A stretch of DNA of 64,000 nt, from positions 192,001 through 256,000 of the forward strand of contig CAVOID010000004.1 of assembly GCA_963695875.1 (NCBI GenBank), written 5' to 3'. The notes below the pieces were generated by a model. It did no database searches. It worked only from the letters and a program-made list of their open reading frames with translations, and was not told the DNA's origin. Both the position numbers and the translations under genes were made by a program. Within the stretch, counting starts at the first letter, position 1. Each line of letters opens with the position of its first letter. Below, piece after piece: positions 31,400-41,032 of this stretch. Source of the stretch: an uncultured delta proteobacterium. Lineage in GTDB: Bacteria > Desulfobacterota > Syntrophia > Syntrophales > UBA2185.

Positions 31400-32083
31400 T
31401 TATGCCAGGCCACTGCCTCGCAGGTATAGCATTGTTTTAGAGTTCGTAAATTCCGTCTTTTCACTTTTTTCGATGAGAACCGCTATGTCCTCGGGCCTGT
31501 CAATATCCTGCCACACGGGCAGCACATATACCAGGGCTCCGGTTCCTTGTAAAAGTGTCATTGTCTGCCGAAAAACGTTTTCCATACCCCACGCGGGCCC
31601 AGTAAAGACATCGGGATTGAATGTTTCCCTTCTGAATCCAATCAGGTAGTAGCCTCCATCAACGGATGGGCCTATAACGGCATCGTGGTCATCCATGGAA
31701 AAGAAAGCTTCTTCAATGATCCATGCCGGCAGATCGGGGCTGTCGCTCCCGATGACAACTACGGATTGAGATCCCTCTGAAAAGCATCGGATGAAGGCTT
31801 CTTTCATCCTTTCACCCAGATTCTCTCCTGCCTGCGGCACGTACGAAAATTCATTCCCGAACATTTCTTTTATCTCGCGTTCTTTATCAGCAGGATAGAA
31901 AGCCATCTGGAACCGATAATGCCCTCTGGAAAGCCTTGCCAGCAAATCTTCTATGAAACAGCGGTAGAGGACTGCAGCTCTCTCTTCACCCAGATCTTTT
32001 GCGAGCCTGGATTTGACCTGACCCCGTTCCGGAAATTTAGTAAACATGATCAGGCATCTATATTCAGTCATAGAATTAATCAT
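31400..32083 (-). CDS. DUF2064/TIGR04282-like glycosyltransferase (CofC-like fold)
   Basis: K.P..G.VKSRL, Q.G.NLGERM, IGSDSP, GPSVDGGYYLIG, W, DID. Confidence 0.9.
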   Translation of the reverse strand: MINSMTEYRCLIMFTKFPERGQVKSRLAKDLGEERAAVLYRCFIEDLLARLSRGHYRFQMAFYPADKEREIKEMFGNEFSYVPQAGENLGERMKEAFIRCFSEGSQSVVVIGSDSPDLPAWIIEEAFFSMDDHDAVIGPSVDGGYYLIGFRRETFNPDVFTGPAWGMENVFRQTMTLLQGTGALVYVLPVWQDIDRPEDIAVLIEKSEKTEFTNSKTMLYLRGSGLA

Positions 32084-32108
32084 GCTAAAAATCCTTTATA
32101 TTTTCTTC

Positions 32109-32963
32109 TCAATCTTTTCGGGGATTGATGAGATTTCTGATCTTTTTTCTCGTCAGGGGCAAGACCAGGAGCCAGGGCAGGGAGAGCTGATTGGAGTCCC
32201 GGAAATAGCCGAGACCGATCGTCATCCCTTTGTGCCCTTCCGACGGTTGTTCCTGATAGGTGCCCAAGAGGCGGTCCCACCAGGACAGATTGAAACCGAA
32301 GTTAGTATTGGTTTCTCGCATGATGACGGAGTGATGGACACGATGCATGTCGGGGGTTACAAGGAAAACCCGGAGAACATGATCTATGCCGCCAGGAATG
32401 TAGACATTGCCGTGACTGAAAAGAGAGGTGCCGTTCAAAACCACTTCAAAAATCAATACGGCCAGCGGCGGGGCTCCTAGAATAACGACTGCCGCCAATT
32501 TTATAATCAGGGACAGGCTGATTTCCACAGGATGGAAACGTATCCCTGTTGTCAGGTCGATATCCAGGTCGGTGTGGTGTACCATATGCAAACGCCAGAA
32601 TAAGGGAACAGTGTGAAATGCGACGTGCTGAAGATATATGATGAAATCGAGGACTATGACGCTGACAATAATGGCCTGCCAGTCAGGCAGGATATAGTGA
32701 TTCAGCAGGCCCCAGCCCCCCTGAGCACCCAAAACCGCCATAGTTATAGGAATCACGGGGAAAAGACCTCGAACCATGACGGAATTTAAGGCATGGATCG
32801 AAAGATTATTGAACCACCGAATGGCCTTTGAAGTAGTCAGGATACGGCGTGGTGAGAGTAATTCGAGGACAGCCATACCAACGAAGATGGCAAGGAAGCA
32901 CCCAATCCTGATGGGAATTTCATAACCAATTGTGTCGACAGACAATCTTTCTATAGAAAACAA
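32109..32963 (-). CDS. Sterol desaturase/fatty acid hydroxylase family membrane protein
   Basis: His boxes HVAFH, HMVHH, RFHP, HGN, HRVHH, and NFG...WDRLLGT. Confidence 0.92.
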   Translation of the reverse strand: MFSIERLSVDTIGYEIPIRIGCFLAIFVGMAVLELLSPRRILTTSKAIRWFNNLSIHALNSVMVRGLFPVIPITMAVLGAQGGWGLLNHYILPDWQAIIVSVIVLDFIIYLQHVAFHTVPLFWRLHMVHHTDLDIDLTTGIRFHPVEISLSLIIKLAAVVILGAPPLAVLIFEVVLNGTSLFSHGNVYIPGGIDHVLRVFLVTPDMHRVHHSVIMRETNTNFGFNLSWWDRLLGTYQEQPSEGHKGMTIGLGYFRDSNQLSLPWLLVLPLTRKKIRNLINPRKD

Positions 32964-33064
32964 GCCCTATCTCCATCATATACAGAATGGTACGATCAAT
33001 CTAATAAACATATCTTAATTGAAAGATAAGAATAATAAAATGGAAAAAAGCACATTAACATTTT

Positions 33065-33179
33065 AGGGTAATATATTCCCTGGGATGTGGAAAGTTACCC
33101 CTCCACCGGAAAGAGGCCATCTCGGTATTTTAAGTGTCGTATGATAACAGGATATTTCAGTTTTGGTATTAATGTTGCG
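33065..33179 (+). promoter_or_regulatory. Sigma54 promoter with tandem activator boxes and IHF-like site, upstream of the Cache kinase
   Basis: AGGGTAATATATTCCC (33065), GTGGAAAGTTACCCC (33087), TAACAGGATATTT (33145), TTGGTATTAATGTTGC (GG 33165, GC 33177). Confidence 0.65.
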
Positions 33180-33302
33180 ATTGTGTTCAGCGGTTGCCAA
33201 ACACGCCGTGTTACCAAAGACTGATTGATTAAAAATTGCCATCGTGATATAATTCAAATAAATTTAATATATTGCAGATATGAGGCACCGCCGGAATACA
33301 CC

Positions 33303-35309
33303 GTGAAAATTGTCGATAGATTGATAAGTAAACTTTTTAAGATAAACCTGCAAAGCCGCCTTGTCGTGGGTTTCCTGATAGCCACGTTCCTTACAGGTTT
33401 TGTGGCAACACTCATAGGAATATGGACGATCAATAAAAGTACTATAGATGAGGTACAAAACAGAGTAAGGCAAGACATCAATACAGCAAAACTGATCTAT
33501 AATCAAACCCTGGAAAAGATAACATCCCAGATTCAATTTGCAGCCGAGGGTGCTGATCTGCATATGTCGATACCCAACCGTGATTTATCCAACATGGTAA
33601 ATTTGAAGGGCTTAATCCGGCACGAACATGGAACTCAGGCACAAGACAAGGATATGTTCCTCGATATGCTCTCGGTGGTGGACGCCCGTGGGTATGTTGT
33701 GTACAGAGCAGCCAACCCCAGAATCAAGGGAGACAATATGCTCTGGGCCCCGGTCGTAAAAATGTGCCTGGAAAAAAAGTCACCGCAGTCATCTACCGAA
33801 CTTATGTCCATTAAAAACATTCTGAGAGAGAATCCACGTCTTGCCGATCATGCCAGGATTGAAATCATCAAAACACCTCTCTCATTTGAGCCGGGGGAGA
33901 AACAACTCTCAGACGGCATGGTCATGATGGCGGCTTATCCCATTTTTGATGCGAAAAAGAATATGCTGGGCGCAATAGTGGGAGGAGTACTCATGAACAG
34001 GGACAATACTATCGTGGACAAAGTAAAAGAAACCGTATACCAGGGGGAAAAGTACAAAGGCCGTGACATGGGTGTGGCAACCATATTTCAGGGTGGTGTA
34101 AGAATTTCTACCAACGTCATGACTAAAGACAACAGAAGGGCTATTGGTACAACTTTATCAAAGGAGGTCTACGAAAAGGTTATAGTGGAAGGCAAAGACT
34201 GGGTTGGCAGGGCATTTGTGGTGGATGACTGGTACATAACCACTTACACCCCGATCTATGACATGAATAAAAATCTCATAGGGATCCTCTATACGGGCAT
34301 GCTGGAGGCAAAATACAGGGACATAAAGTGGCATACTATCTGGGTGAACCTCGGAATAACGTCTCTTGGTATGATCATAGCCTTTGTAATTTCCTTTTAC
34401 CTCGGCAACACCATTATAACACGGATACGCATGCTGAAGGAGGCTGCGGAGGCCATCGCTGCCGGCAATTTAGACTATAAATTGTCCCCCGATAAAATCT
34501 CCGGATTTGACATGCTGGATGAAGCGTTCAATTATATGTCGAAATCCCTGAAGGCCCACGACGAAAAACTGCACAAGGCTCATGAGCAGTTGGCAAGAAC
34601 AGAAAAATTGACCGCACTGGGTGAAATGGCGGCGGGTGTAGCCCACGAGATAAATAATCCTTTAGGGGGGATACTCCTTTACAGCAACCTTGTTCTCGAA
34701 GATATTCCTGCAGACTCTCCGGCACAGGAAAACATGCAGAAGATCATTTATCAGACGAACAGATGCAAGGGAATTGTCCAGAATCTTCTTGACTTTGCCA
34801 GAGCTCCTACAGGTGATATGCTGCCTCTCAAGATAGACAACATCATCAATACTTCTCTCAATTTGGTAAAGGATCAGGCCATGTTCCACGGCATAGAAAT
34901 AAAGACCGAACTCTCGGAGGATCTTCCGGAAGTGGTCGGCGACAAGGCCCGGCTGGAAGATGCTTTTCTGAACCTGTTTATCAATGCAGCTCATGCGATG
35001 AATGGTAAGGGGACGCTCACAATAAGAACCAGGCTAAGCAGAAATAATTCCGTAAAGATCTCCGTATCGGATACAGGCAAAGGAATAGACAAGGAACACC
35101 TCCCCCATATATTTGAACCTTTTTTTACGACAAAAGAGCCCGGACAGGGAACAGGTCTCGGACTTTCGATCGTTTATGGAATCATTAGAAAGCACAATGG
35201 CTTCATCGATGCGGAAAGCGAACCCGGTAAGGGGACGACTTTCATTATTTTCCTGCCTGCGTATATGGGCAAGTACAGCGGTATGGACGATGATGTCTTC
35301 TACAGTTGA
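33303..35309 (+). CDS. Membrane sensor histidine kinase with Cache_3-type sensor domain and HAMP
   Basis: Two TM helices, ATIFQGGVRISTNV..RAIGT..WYITTYTPI Cache motif, H-box GVAHEINNP, NLFINA, DTGKGI, FEPFFTTK, GTGLGL. Confidence 0.92.
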   Translation: MKIVDRLISKLFKINLQSRLVVGFLIATFLTGFVATLIGIWTINKSTIDEVQNRVRQDINTAKLIYNQTLEKITSQIQFAAEGADLHMSIPNRDLSNMVNLKGLIRHEHGTQAQDKDMFLDMLSVVDARGYVVYRAANPRIKGDNMLWAPVVKMCLEKKSPQSSTELMSIKNILRENPRLADHARIEIIKTPLSFEPGEKQLSDGMVMMAAYPIFDAKKNMLGAIVGGVLMNRDNTIVDKVKETVYQGEKYKGRDMGVATIFQGGVRISTNVMTKDNRRAIGTTLSKEVYEKVIVEGKDWVGRAFVVDDWYITTYTPIYDMNKNLIGILYTGMLEAKYRDIKWHTIWVNLGITSLGMIIAFVISFYLGNTIITRIRMLKEAAEAIAAGNLDYKLSPDKISGFDMLDEAFNYMSKSLKAHDEKLHKAHEQLARTEKLTALGEMAAGVAHEINNPLGGILLYSNLVLEDIPADSPAQENMQKIIYQTNRCKGIVQNLLDFARAPTGDMLPLKIDNIINTSLNLVKDQAMFHGIEIKTELSEDLPEVVGDKARLEDAFLNLFINAAHAMNGKGTLTIRTRLSRNNSVKISVSDTGKGIDKEHLPHIFEPFFTTKEPGQGTGLGLSIVYGIIRKHNGFIDAESEPGKGTTFIIFLPAYMGKYSGMDDDVFYS

Positions 35310-35342
35310 TTTTATTACCTCCAAATAAGGAAAATATTTGCA

Positions 35343-36689
35343 GTGACTACAAAAAATAAGAAGATCCTCATCATTGATGACGAGGAATCCATACGAGACG
35401 GATGCATGCAGGTCCTGTCGCGCAAAGGTTATCAGGTGGAAAGTACTGGAGACGCGCTTCAGGGACTTGAGCTGGCTCTCAGGAATATTTATGATATCAT
35501 TCTGGTGGATATCCGGATGCCTAAAATGGATGGATTGGAAATTCTCAAGAAGATTAAAGTCGAGAGAAACATCTCAGCAAAAGTCATTATTATCACCGGT
35601 TATGGAAGCATACCGATAGCTGTTGAGGCCATGAGGAACGGCGCCTTTAATTTTCTCACCAAGCCCTACTCCGCGCCCGATCTGAGAGAGGCTGTCGAGG
35701 GTGCATTGAAACAGTGTGATGCATACGCCGGAGAAAAGGAACTTTCCGTACTTATCGGCTCGAGCGACTACATGAAAGAGCTCAAGGAGTCCATCAGCAG
35801 GATAGCGCAGACTGATAGCACCGTTCTCATAACAGGAGAAAGTGGTACAGGAAAGGAACTTGTAGCGCGCACCGTCCACAACCTCAGCAGAAGGTGTGAT
35901 AAACCTTTTATTCCGGTCGACTGCTCTTCCCTTGTGGAGACCCTCATGGAAAGCGAGCTATTCGGACATGTCAAAGGGGCGTTCAGCGGAGCCACGGAAT
36001 CACGTGAAGGCCGTTTCCAGATGGCCGACACAGGGACGTTGTTTCTGGACGAGATTTCGAACATCAACCTCAACATTCAGGCCAAGTTACTGCGGGTAAT
36101 CCAGGAGCAGGAGGTCCCCAAGGTTGGCAGATCATCGCCTGAGAAGATTGACGTCAGGCTCATAGCAGCAACAAATAAGGATGTCCGGGCGGAAATTGAA
36201 GCGGGGAGATTCAGGGAGGATTTGTTCTACAGGATTTCAGTCGTGCCTCTCCATATAAAACCATTGAGAGAACATAAAACCGACATTCTGCCCATTGCCC
36301 AGCATTACCTCGATATATTTGTGGAGAAGTACGAAAGCAAGGTACGACGCTTCTCCGAGGAAGCAATGAAATCTCTCGTGTCATATCGATGGCCCGGTAA
36401 TGTCAGGGAACTTAAAAATACTATAGAACGTCTCTGCGTGCTTTGCGACCATGAGGTTGTAGACCTGTCCGATATATTCTACTATGGACAAGACGATCAA
36501 ACAAAAGCCCCTGCCGTGGATTCTTCCACGGGCAGGATGACCTTGATAGATGTGGAAAAAGAACATATATTAAAAGCCCTGAATCACTTCCACTTCCAGA
36601 TCAATAAGACTGCAAAATTCCTCGGTATTGACAGAAAGACTCTGAGGATAAAGATGCGTAATTACGGCATAACGATAGAGCATCATTAA
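35343..36689 (+). CDS. NtrC-family sigma54-dependent response regulator
   Basis: REC (DIRMP), GESGTGKE, ESELFGHVKGAFSGA, LFLDEI, FREDLFYR, WPGNVREL, Fis-type HTH. Confidence 0.96.
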   Translation: MTTKNKKILIIDDEESIRDGCMQVLSRKGYQVESTGDALQGLELALRNIYDIILVDIRMPKMDGLEILKKIKVERNISAKVIIITGYGSIPIAVEAMRNGAFNFLTKPYSAPDLREAVEGALKQCDAYAGEKELSVLIGSSDYMKELKESISRIAQTDSTVLITGESGTGKELVARTVHNLSRRCDKPFIPVDCSSLVETLMESELFGHVKGAFSGATESREGRFQMADTGTLFLDEISNINLNIQAKLLRVIQEQEVPKVGRSSPEKIDVRLIAATNKDVRAEIEAGRFREDLFYRISVVPLHIKPLREHKTDILPIAQHYLDIFVEKYESKVRRFSEEAMKSLVSYRWPGNVRELKNTIERLCVLCDHEVVDLSDIFYYGQDDQTKAPAVDSSTGRMTLIDVEKEHILKALNHFHFQINKTAKFLGIDRKTLRIKMRNYGITIEHH

Positions 36690-36708
36690 AAAAATCAGCA
36701 GCTCCATG

Positions 36709-36824
36709 GGGGTCATCCTGCCTCATAACAGGGGAGTTTTACCCCTCAAAGTTTTCTTTTCTTCCCTGCCTTCTATATATTAATCATAAATATCAATATG
36801 TTACAATTTGGCATCATCCTTGCT
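36709..36824 (+). promoter_or_regulatory. Sigma54 promoter with tandem boxes and IHF site (repeat copy 1)
   Basis: GGGGTCATCCTGCCTC (36709), GGGGAGTTTTACCCC (36731), exact IHF consensus TATCAATATGTTA (36791), TTGGCATCATCCTTGCT (GG 36810, GC 36822). Confidence 0.8.
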
Positions 36825-36864
36825 CATATTAATTATACAAAAATCAAAATTGGAGGTGACGGCG

Positions 36865-37254
36865 ATGTCAGTAAAGAAAAAAATTCTGTTAATAGACGAT
36901 GACAAAGATTTCCTGTATGCAACCAAACTGATTCTTGAAAAAGGCGGGTATGAGGTGTTTCTGGCAGAAGACGGGAAGCGAGGGGTTGAGATGTGGAAGT
37001 CGGTGTCTCCTGATCTTGCCATTATCGATATGATGATGGAGACGTGGGGTGAAGGGTTTGAAGTATTGAAAAAGATCCGCGCCACAGATACCGGGAAGGA
37101 CACGCCGCTTTTCATGCTGAGCGCTGTTGACCTGCAGGGTCCATACCAGTCATTTGAACCGCCTCCGGAGTTTCCGAAGGTGAACATGGTGTTGCATAAA
37201 CCTGTAAAGGCTGATGATCTTCTCGGATATATTGCCAGTGAGCTGGGTAGATAG
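36865..37254 (+). CDS. Single-domain response regulator (129 aa), copy 1
   Basis: IDDD, IIDMMME, LSA, HKP. GGAGG RBS. Confidence 0.92.
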   Translation: MSVKKKILLIDDDKDFLYATKLILEKGGYEVFLAEDGKRGVEMWKSVSPDLAIIDMMMETWGEGFEVLKKIRATDTGKDTPLFMLSAVDLQGPYQSFEPPPEFPKVNMVLHKPVKADDLLGYIASELGR

Positions 37255-37259
37255 CCGGT

Positions 37260-37382
37260 ATGATGAAGACTCAAGAACCGCTTATTTTGATCATCGATGA
37301 TGAGGAAGCCTTACGGGACGGGTGCCGTCAGGCGCTGGAAAAGTCCGGATATACCATACTAAACACAGGGGAGGGGCGATAG
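37260..37382 (+). pseudogene. Truncated 40-aa N-terminal fragment of the hybrid REC-kinase
   Basis: MMKTQEPLILIIDDEEALRDGCRQALEKSGYTILNTGEGR-stop matches the first residues of 43081..44211, then similarity ends. Confidence 0.85.
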
Positions 37383-37527
37383 TCTACACAATGGAAGTAT
37401 ACAAAAAGCAGCCTAAAGTCGCCTCCCCATGACTTGCAGCACTGAGCACTCTATAAGAACATACTTGAAAAGAGGGTTGATTTCAGGTAGCCTATATTAC
37501 AGTAAATTCTTGTCGAAGAGAGCATTC

Positions 37528-37749
37528 ATGCCCATAGAATACGACGACGAAAAGTCCTACCGGTTCCACAAAAGTGATTCTGCTGACAAGTGTTTTGCGT
37601 GCAATGAAAACTCCGACAGGTTGCTTATCGTTCGACAGATCAAAAGTATGATGCTTGTTCACCTTTGCCATAACTGCATATCAAACAATTTCTCAGACTA
37701 TCTTTTGGATAACACCAGACCCTGGCTTGGCGAGAAGGGGAATACTTAG
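37528..37749 (+). CDS. 73-aa CxxC..HxCxxC protein of unknown function, paralog 1
   Basis: CFAC-x21-CHNC, YLLDNTRPW. About 60% identical by hand alignment to 44283..44504. Confidence 0.8.
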   Translation: MPIEYDDEKSYRFHKSDSADKCFACNENSDRLLIVRQIKSMMLVHLCHNCISNNFSDYLLDNTRPWLGEKGNT

Positions 37750-37893
37750 ATGTTGCTGTATTTTTAGAAACTCGACTCGCGGAAGCCCCCGGCTTTATTA
37801 AGCATCCGTTATTTAACCTGCCTTCGCAGCCATTATTTCCTCCATTCTTCGTGGTTTCCTTGTTCTTATCTGATGACAATAAAGAAACCCTTA

Positions 37894-38010
37894 GGAGTAA
37901 TATCTCCCCAAAGACGGGGTAAGTTACCCCCTTCCCTGCAACGAATTGGTTGCCGTATCTATGAATATCGAGTGATATCAAGCACTTTTGTTCTTGGTAT
38001 TAAAATTGCC
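37894..38010 (+). promoter_or_regulatory. Sigma54 promoter of the fdh operon with tandem boxes and IHF-like site
   Basis: GGAGTAATATCTCCCC (37894), perfect palindrome GGGGTAAGTTACCCC (37916), TATCAAGCACTTT (37976), TTGGTATTAAAATTGC (GG 37996, GC 38008). Confidence 0.78.
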
Positions 38011-38151
38011 TATATTATATCTACAGTTGTATAGAAAGGGCTATATGTGTGGCTTGGAATCAGGAATTCTTTCACCATTCCAGAGCAATAATTCCATGAT
38101 CTCATATTGCAAGTCTTTAAAATTAGCTCAGTGTGAAAAGGAGGTACTGGC

Positions 38152-38995
38152 ATGGGTAGTCATCCCGGCAACATATATGAACTTCGACCTGTGTCTATTT
38201 TAAGGACACTGCCGCAGATAAAGGATCACAGGTTGTTCCAGTTGAAGCTTGAGGACGGAACGACATGGGAGAGTTTCGGCCATCAACCGGGACAGTTTCT
38301 CGAAGTTTCTATCTTTGGTAAAGGAGAGGCGCCTATCAGCATATCCTCTCCCTCTACAAGGCTGGATACCCTTGAGATATGCGTTCGGCGTGCCGGCAAG
38401 GTGACCAATGCACTTTTCGAAATGGATAGAGGAGCTACTTTTCAACATCCGCGGACCTTACGGCAGGGGATTTCCTGTGGATAAGCTGAAGGGCCACAAG
38501 CTTCTTCTCATTGCGGGCGGTCTCGGGCTTGCCCCTTTGCGCTCTCTTCTCCTGTACGCCCTCGATAGGAGAGGTGATTTCGATGATATCATCCTGATGT
38601 ACGGGACGAATAACCCTGATAATGTCCTGTTCAAGTATGAACTGTTAAGCTTTTATGACAGGGATGACATCAAGTACCTCTACAGCGTGGACAGGGATGA
38701 TGAAGGGATCTGGAAGCAGTATGTGGGGGTGGTGACAGGTCTGTTCGAAAAAGCCGCACTGTCTCCGGAAGACACCTATGCAGTCCTGTGCGGCCCCCCG
38801 ATCATGTACCGCTTCGTTTTGCAGAAACTGCTGAAGCTGGGATTTTCGAAAGATCATATATATATGTCATTGGAGAGAATGATGAAGTGCGGCGTCGGGA
38901 AATGCGGTCACTGCGCCATCGGTGACAAGTACTGCTGCATGGACGGTCCCGTTTTTCCCTATACCGAAATCGAAAGTATCGAGGAGGCAATCTAA
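38152..38995 (+). CDS. FAD/NAD(P)-binding [2Fe-2S] subunit, AsrB/HydG(gamma)/FlxA-like (one +1 frameshift near 38440)
   Basis: QPGQF, GEAPISISS, RGPYGRGFP, AGGLGLAPLRS, CGPPIMY, ERMMKCGVGKCGHC, CMDGPVF. Confidence 0.9.
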
Positions 38996-41032
38996 TGGCC
39001 AGAACACCGACAGTATGTCCTTTCTGCGGGTGCGGATGCAGCTTCTATCTGGTATCTCAAAATGAAAGGGTGGTGGGCATAGAACCAAGCATTGCCAACC
39101 CCGTAAATAAGGGGATGCTCTGCGTGAAGGGATGGAATGCCTATGAGTTCATCCACTCGCCGGACAGGCTCACCACACCGCTGATAAGGAAGCATGGCGC
39201 CCTCGTCGAAAGCACATGGGACGAAGCGTTGAAGATCGTCTCGGAGAGATTGACGGATATTAAATCACGGTATGGCCCCCGCGCCATGGCATTTCTCAGT
39301 TCCGCCAAGGTGACCAACGAAGAGAACTACCTTTTTATGAAGATGGCACGGGCGGCATTCGGGACCAACAATGTCGATCACTGCGCCCGGCTCTGACACA
39401 GTGCAACGGTGGTCGGTCTGGCCGCTGCATTTGGATCAGGTGCAATGACAAACTCCATCAATGAATTTGAAGATGCCGATCTTTTTCTTGTTACAGGTTC
39501 GAACACAACGGCACAGCACCCGCTCATAGGGTCGCGTATCATCAATGCGAAAGAAAGGGGAGCAAAACTCCTTCTCATCGATCCGAGGGAGATACCGCTT
39601 GCCGGTTTCGCCGATCTCCACCTGAGGCAGAATATCGGCACGGATGTTGCCGTGTTGAACGGTATGATGAACATCATCATCGAAGAAGACCTTTACGATA
39701 AGGAGTTTGTCGAGGAAAGAACCGAGGGGTTTGAGCAATTGAAATCTGTCGTCAGCCGCTACACCCCGCGGGTGGTGGAGAAGATATCCGGTATCCCCGC
39801 CCATGACCTGGAGAAGGCGGCGACGGATGTATGCAATAGCGGACAAGGCCATGATCGTGTACGCCATGGGCATAACCCAGCATACGACAGGCACTGACAA
39901 TGTGAAAACCTGTGCGAACCTTGCCATGCTTACAGGCCATATCGGAAGGCCGTCCACGGGTGTCAACCCCTTAAGAGGGCAGAACAATGTCCAGGGCGCG
40001 TGCGATATGGGGGCGCTGCCCAACGTATACAGCGGCTATCAGCCGGTCGCTGATCCGGCCGTTAGGAAGAAGTTTGAGGATGCATGGGGCGTTCAAGGGC
40101 TGGATGATAAGGCAGGCCTGACCATTACGGACATGATGGTGGCTGCCCGGAAGGGAGAAATAAAATCCCTCTACATCATGGGTGAAAATCCCATGATGAG
40201 CGACCCTGACACATCAGACATCGAGCATGCCCTCTCCAGTCTCGAATTCCTTGTTGTGCAGGACATCTTTCTCTCCGAAACGGCAGCGAAGGCCGATGTA
40301 GTGCTCCCCGCCGCGTCATTTGCCGAAAAGGAAGGCACATACACCAACACGGAAAGAAGGGTGCAAATCTCGAAAAAGGCAGTTGCCTCCCCGGGACTGG
40401 CGAGGCCGGACTGGGAGATCATATGCGATGTAAGCAGGCTTGTGGGGTATCCCATGAATTACAGCTCGCCTGCTGATATCATGAAGGAGATCAATACCCT
40501 GACTCCGTCATACGCCGGCATTACTTACGAGAGGCTGGAGATGTGCCACGGACTTCAATGGCCCTGTCCCAATGAGGAACATCCGGGCACAGCCTACCTG
40601 CACAGGGACAGGTTTACCAAGGGCACAGGCACGTTTTTACCCTGTGAATTCAAACCCCTTGCTGAAGTGCCCGATGAAGAGTACGACTTTTTACTCACAA
40701 CCGGGCGTATCTACTACCATTACCATACCGGCACCATGACGAGGCGCACGAGCATACTGGAAAGGGAAGCGCCTGTGCCTTTCGTTGAGGTCAATCCCGA
40801 CGATGCAAAGAGGCTGGGCATAAGGAATGGTGACCAAGTGGAAGTTACATCACGGCGCGGCTCGATAAAGGCCAGGGCGGAGGTTACCACGAGGGTGCCC
40901 AAAAGGGTGGTATTTTCCACATTCCACTTCTACGAAGCGCCTGTCAACCTTCTTACCAACGCGGCATTTGACCCTCTTGCGAAGATACCGGAATATAAGG
41001 GGTGTGCAGTCAAAGTCAGGAGATGCATATGA
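38995..41032 (+). CDS. fdhA: Cytoplasmic Mo/W-bisPGD formate dehydrogenase alpha subunit, selenocysteine-containing (UGA 39394-39396; one +1 frameshift near 39822)
   Basis: [10 protein letters not shown]...LCVKG [4Fe-4S], [51 protein letters not shown]. No Tat signal. Confidence 0.95.
39397..39430 (+). promoter_or_regulatory. Bacterial SECIS element of fdhA
   Basis: Stem GGUGGUC/GGCCGCU with apical GGUCU loop starting 12 nt after the UGA, like the fdhF-type SECIS. Confidence 0.85.

Larger units (their letters stand above)
36708..37375 (+). repeat. ~670-bp direct repeat, copy 1 (promoter, receiver gene, start of hybrid kinase)
   Basis: Highly similar to 42531..43196. Confidence 0.93.
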
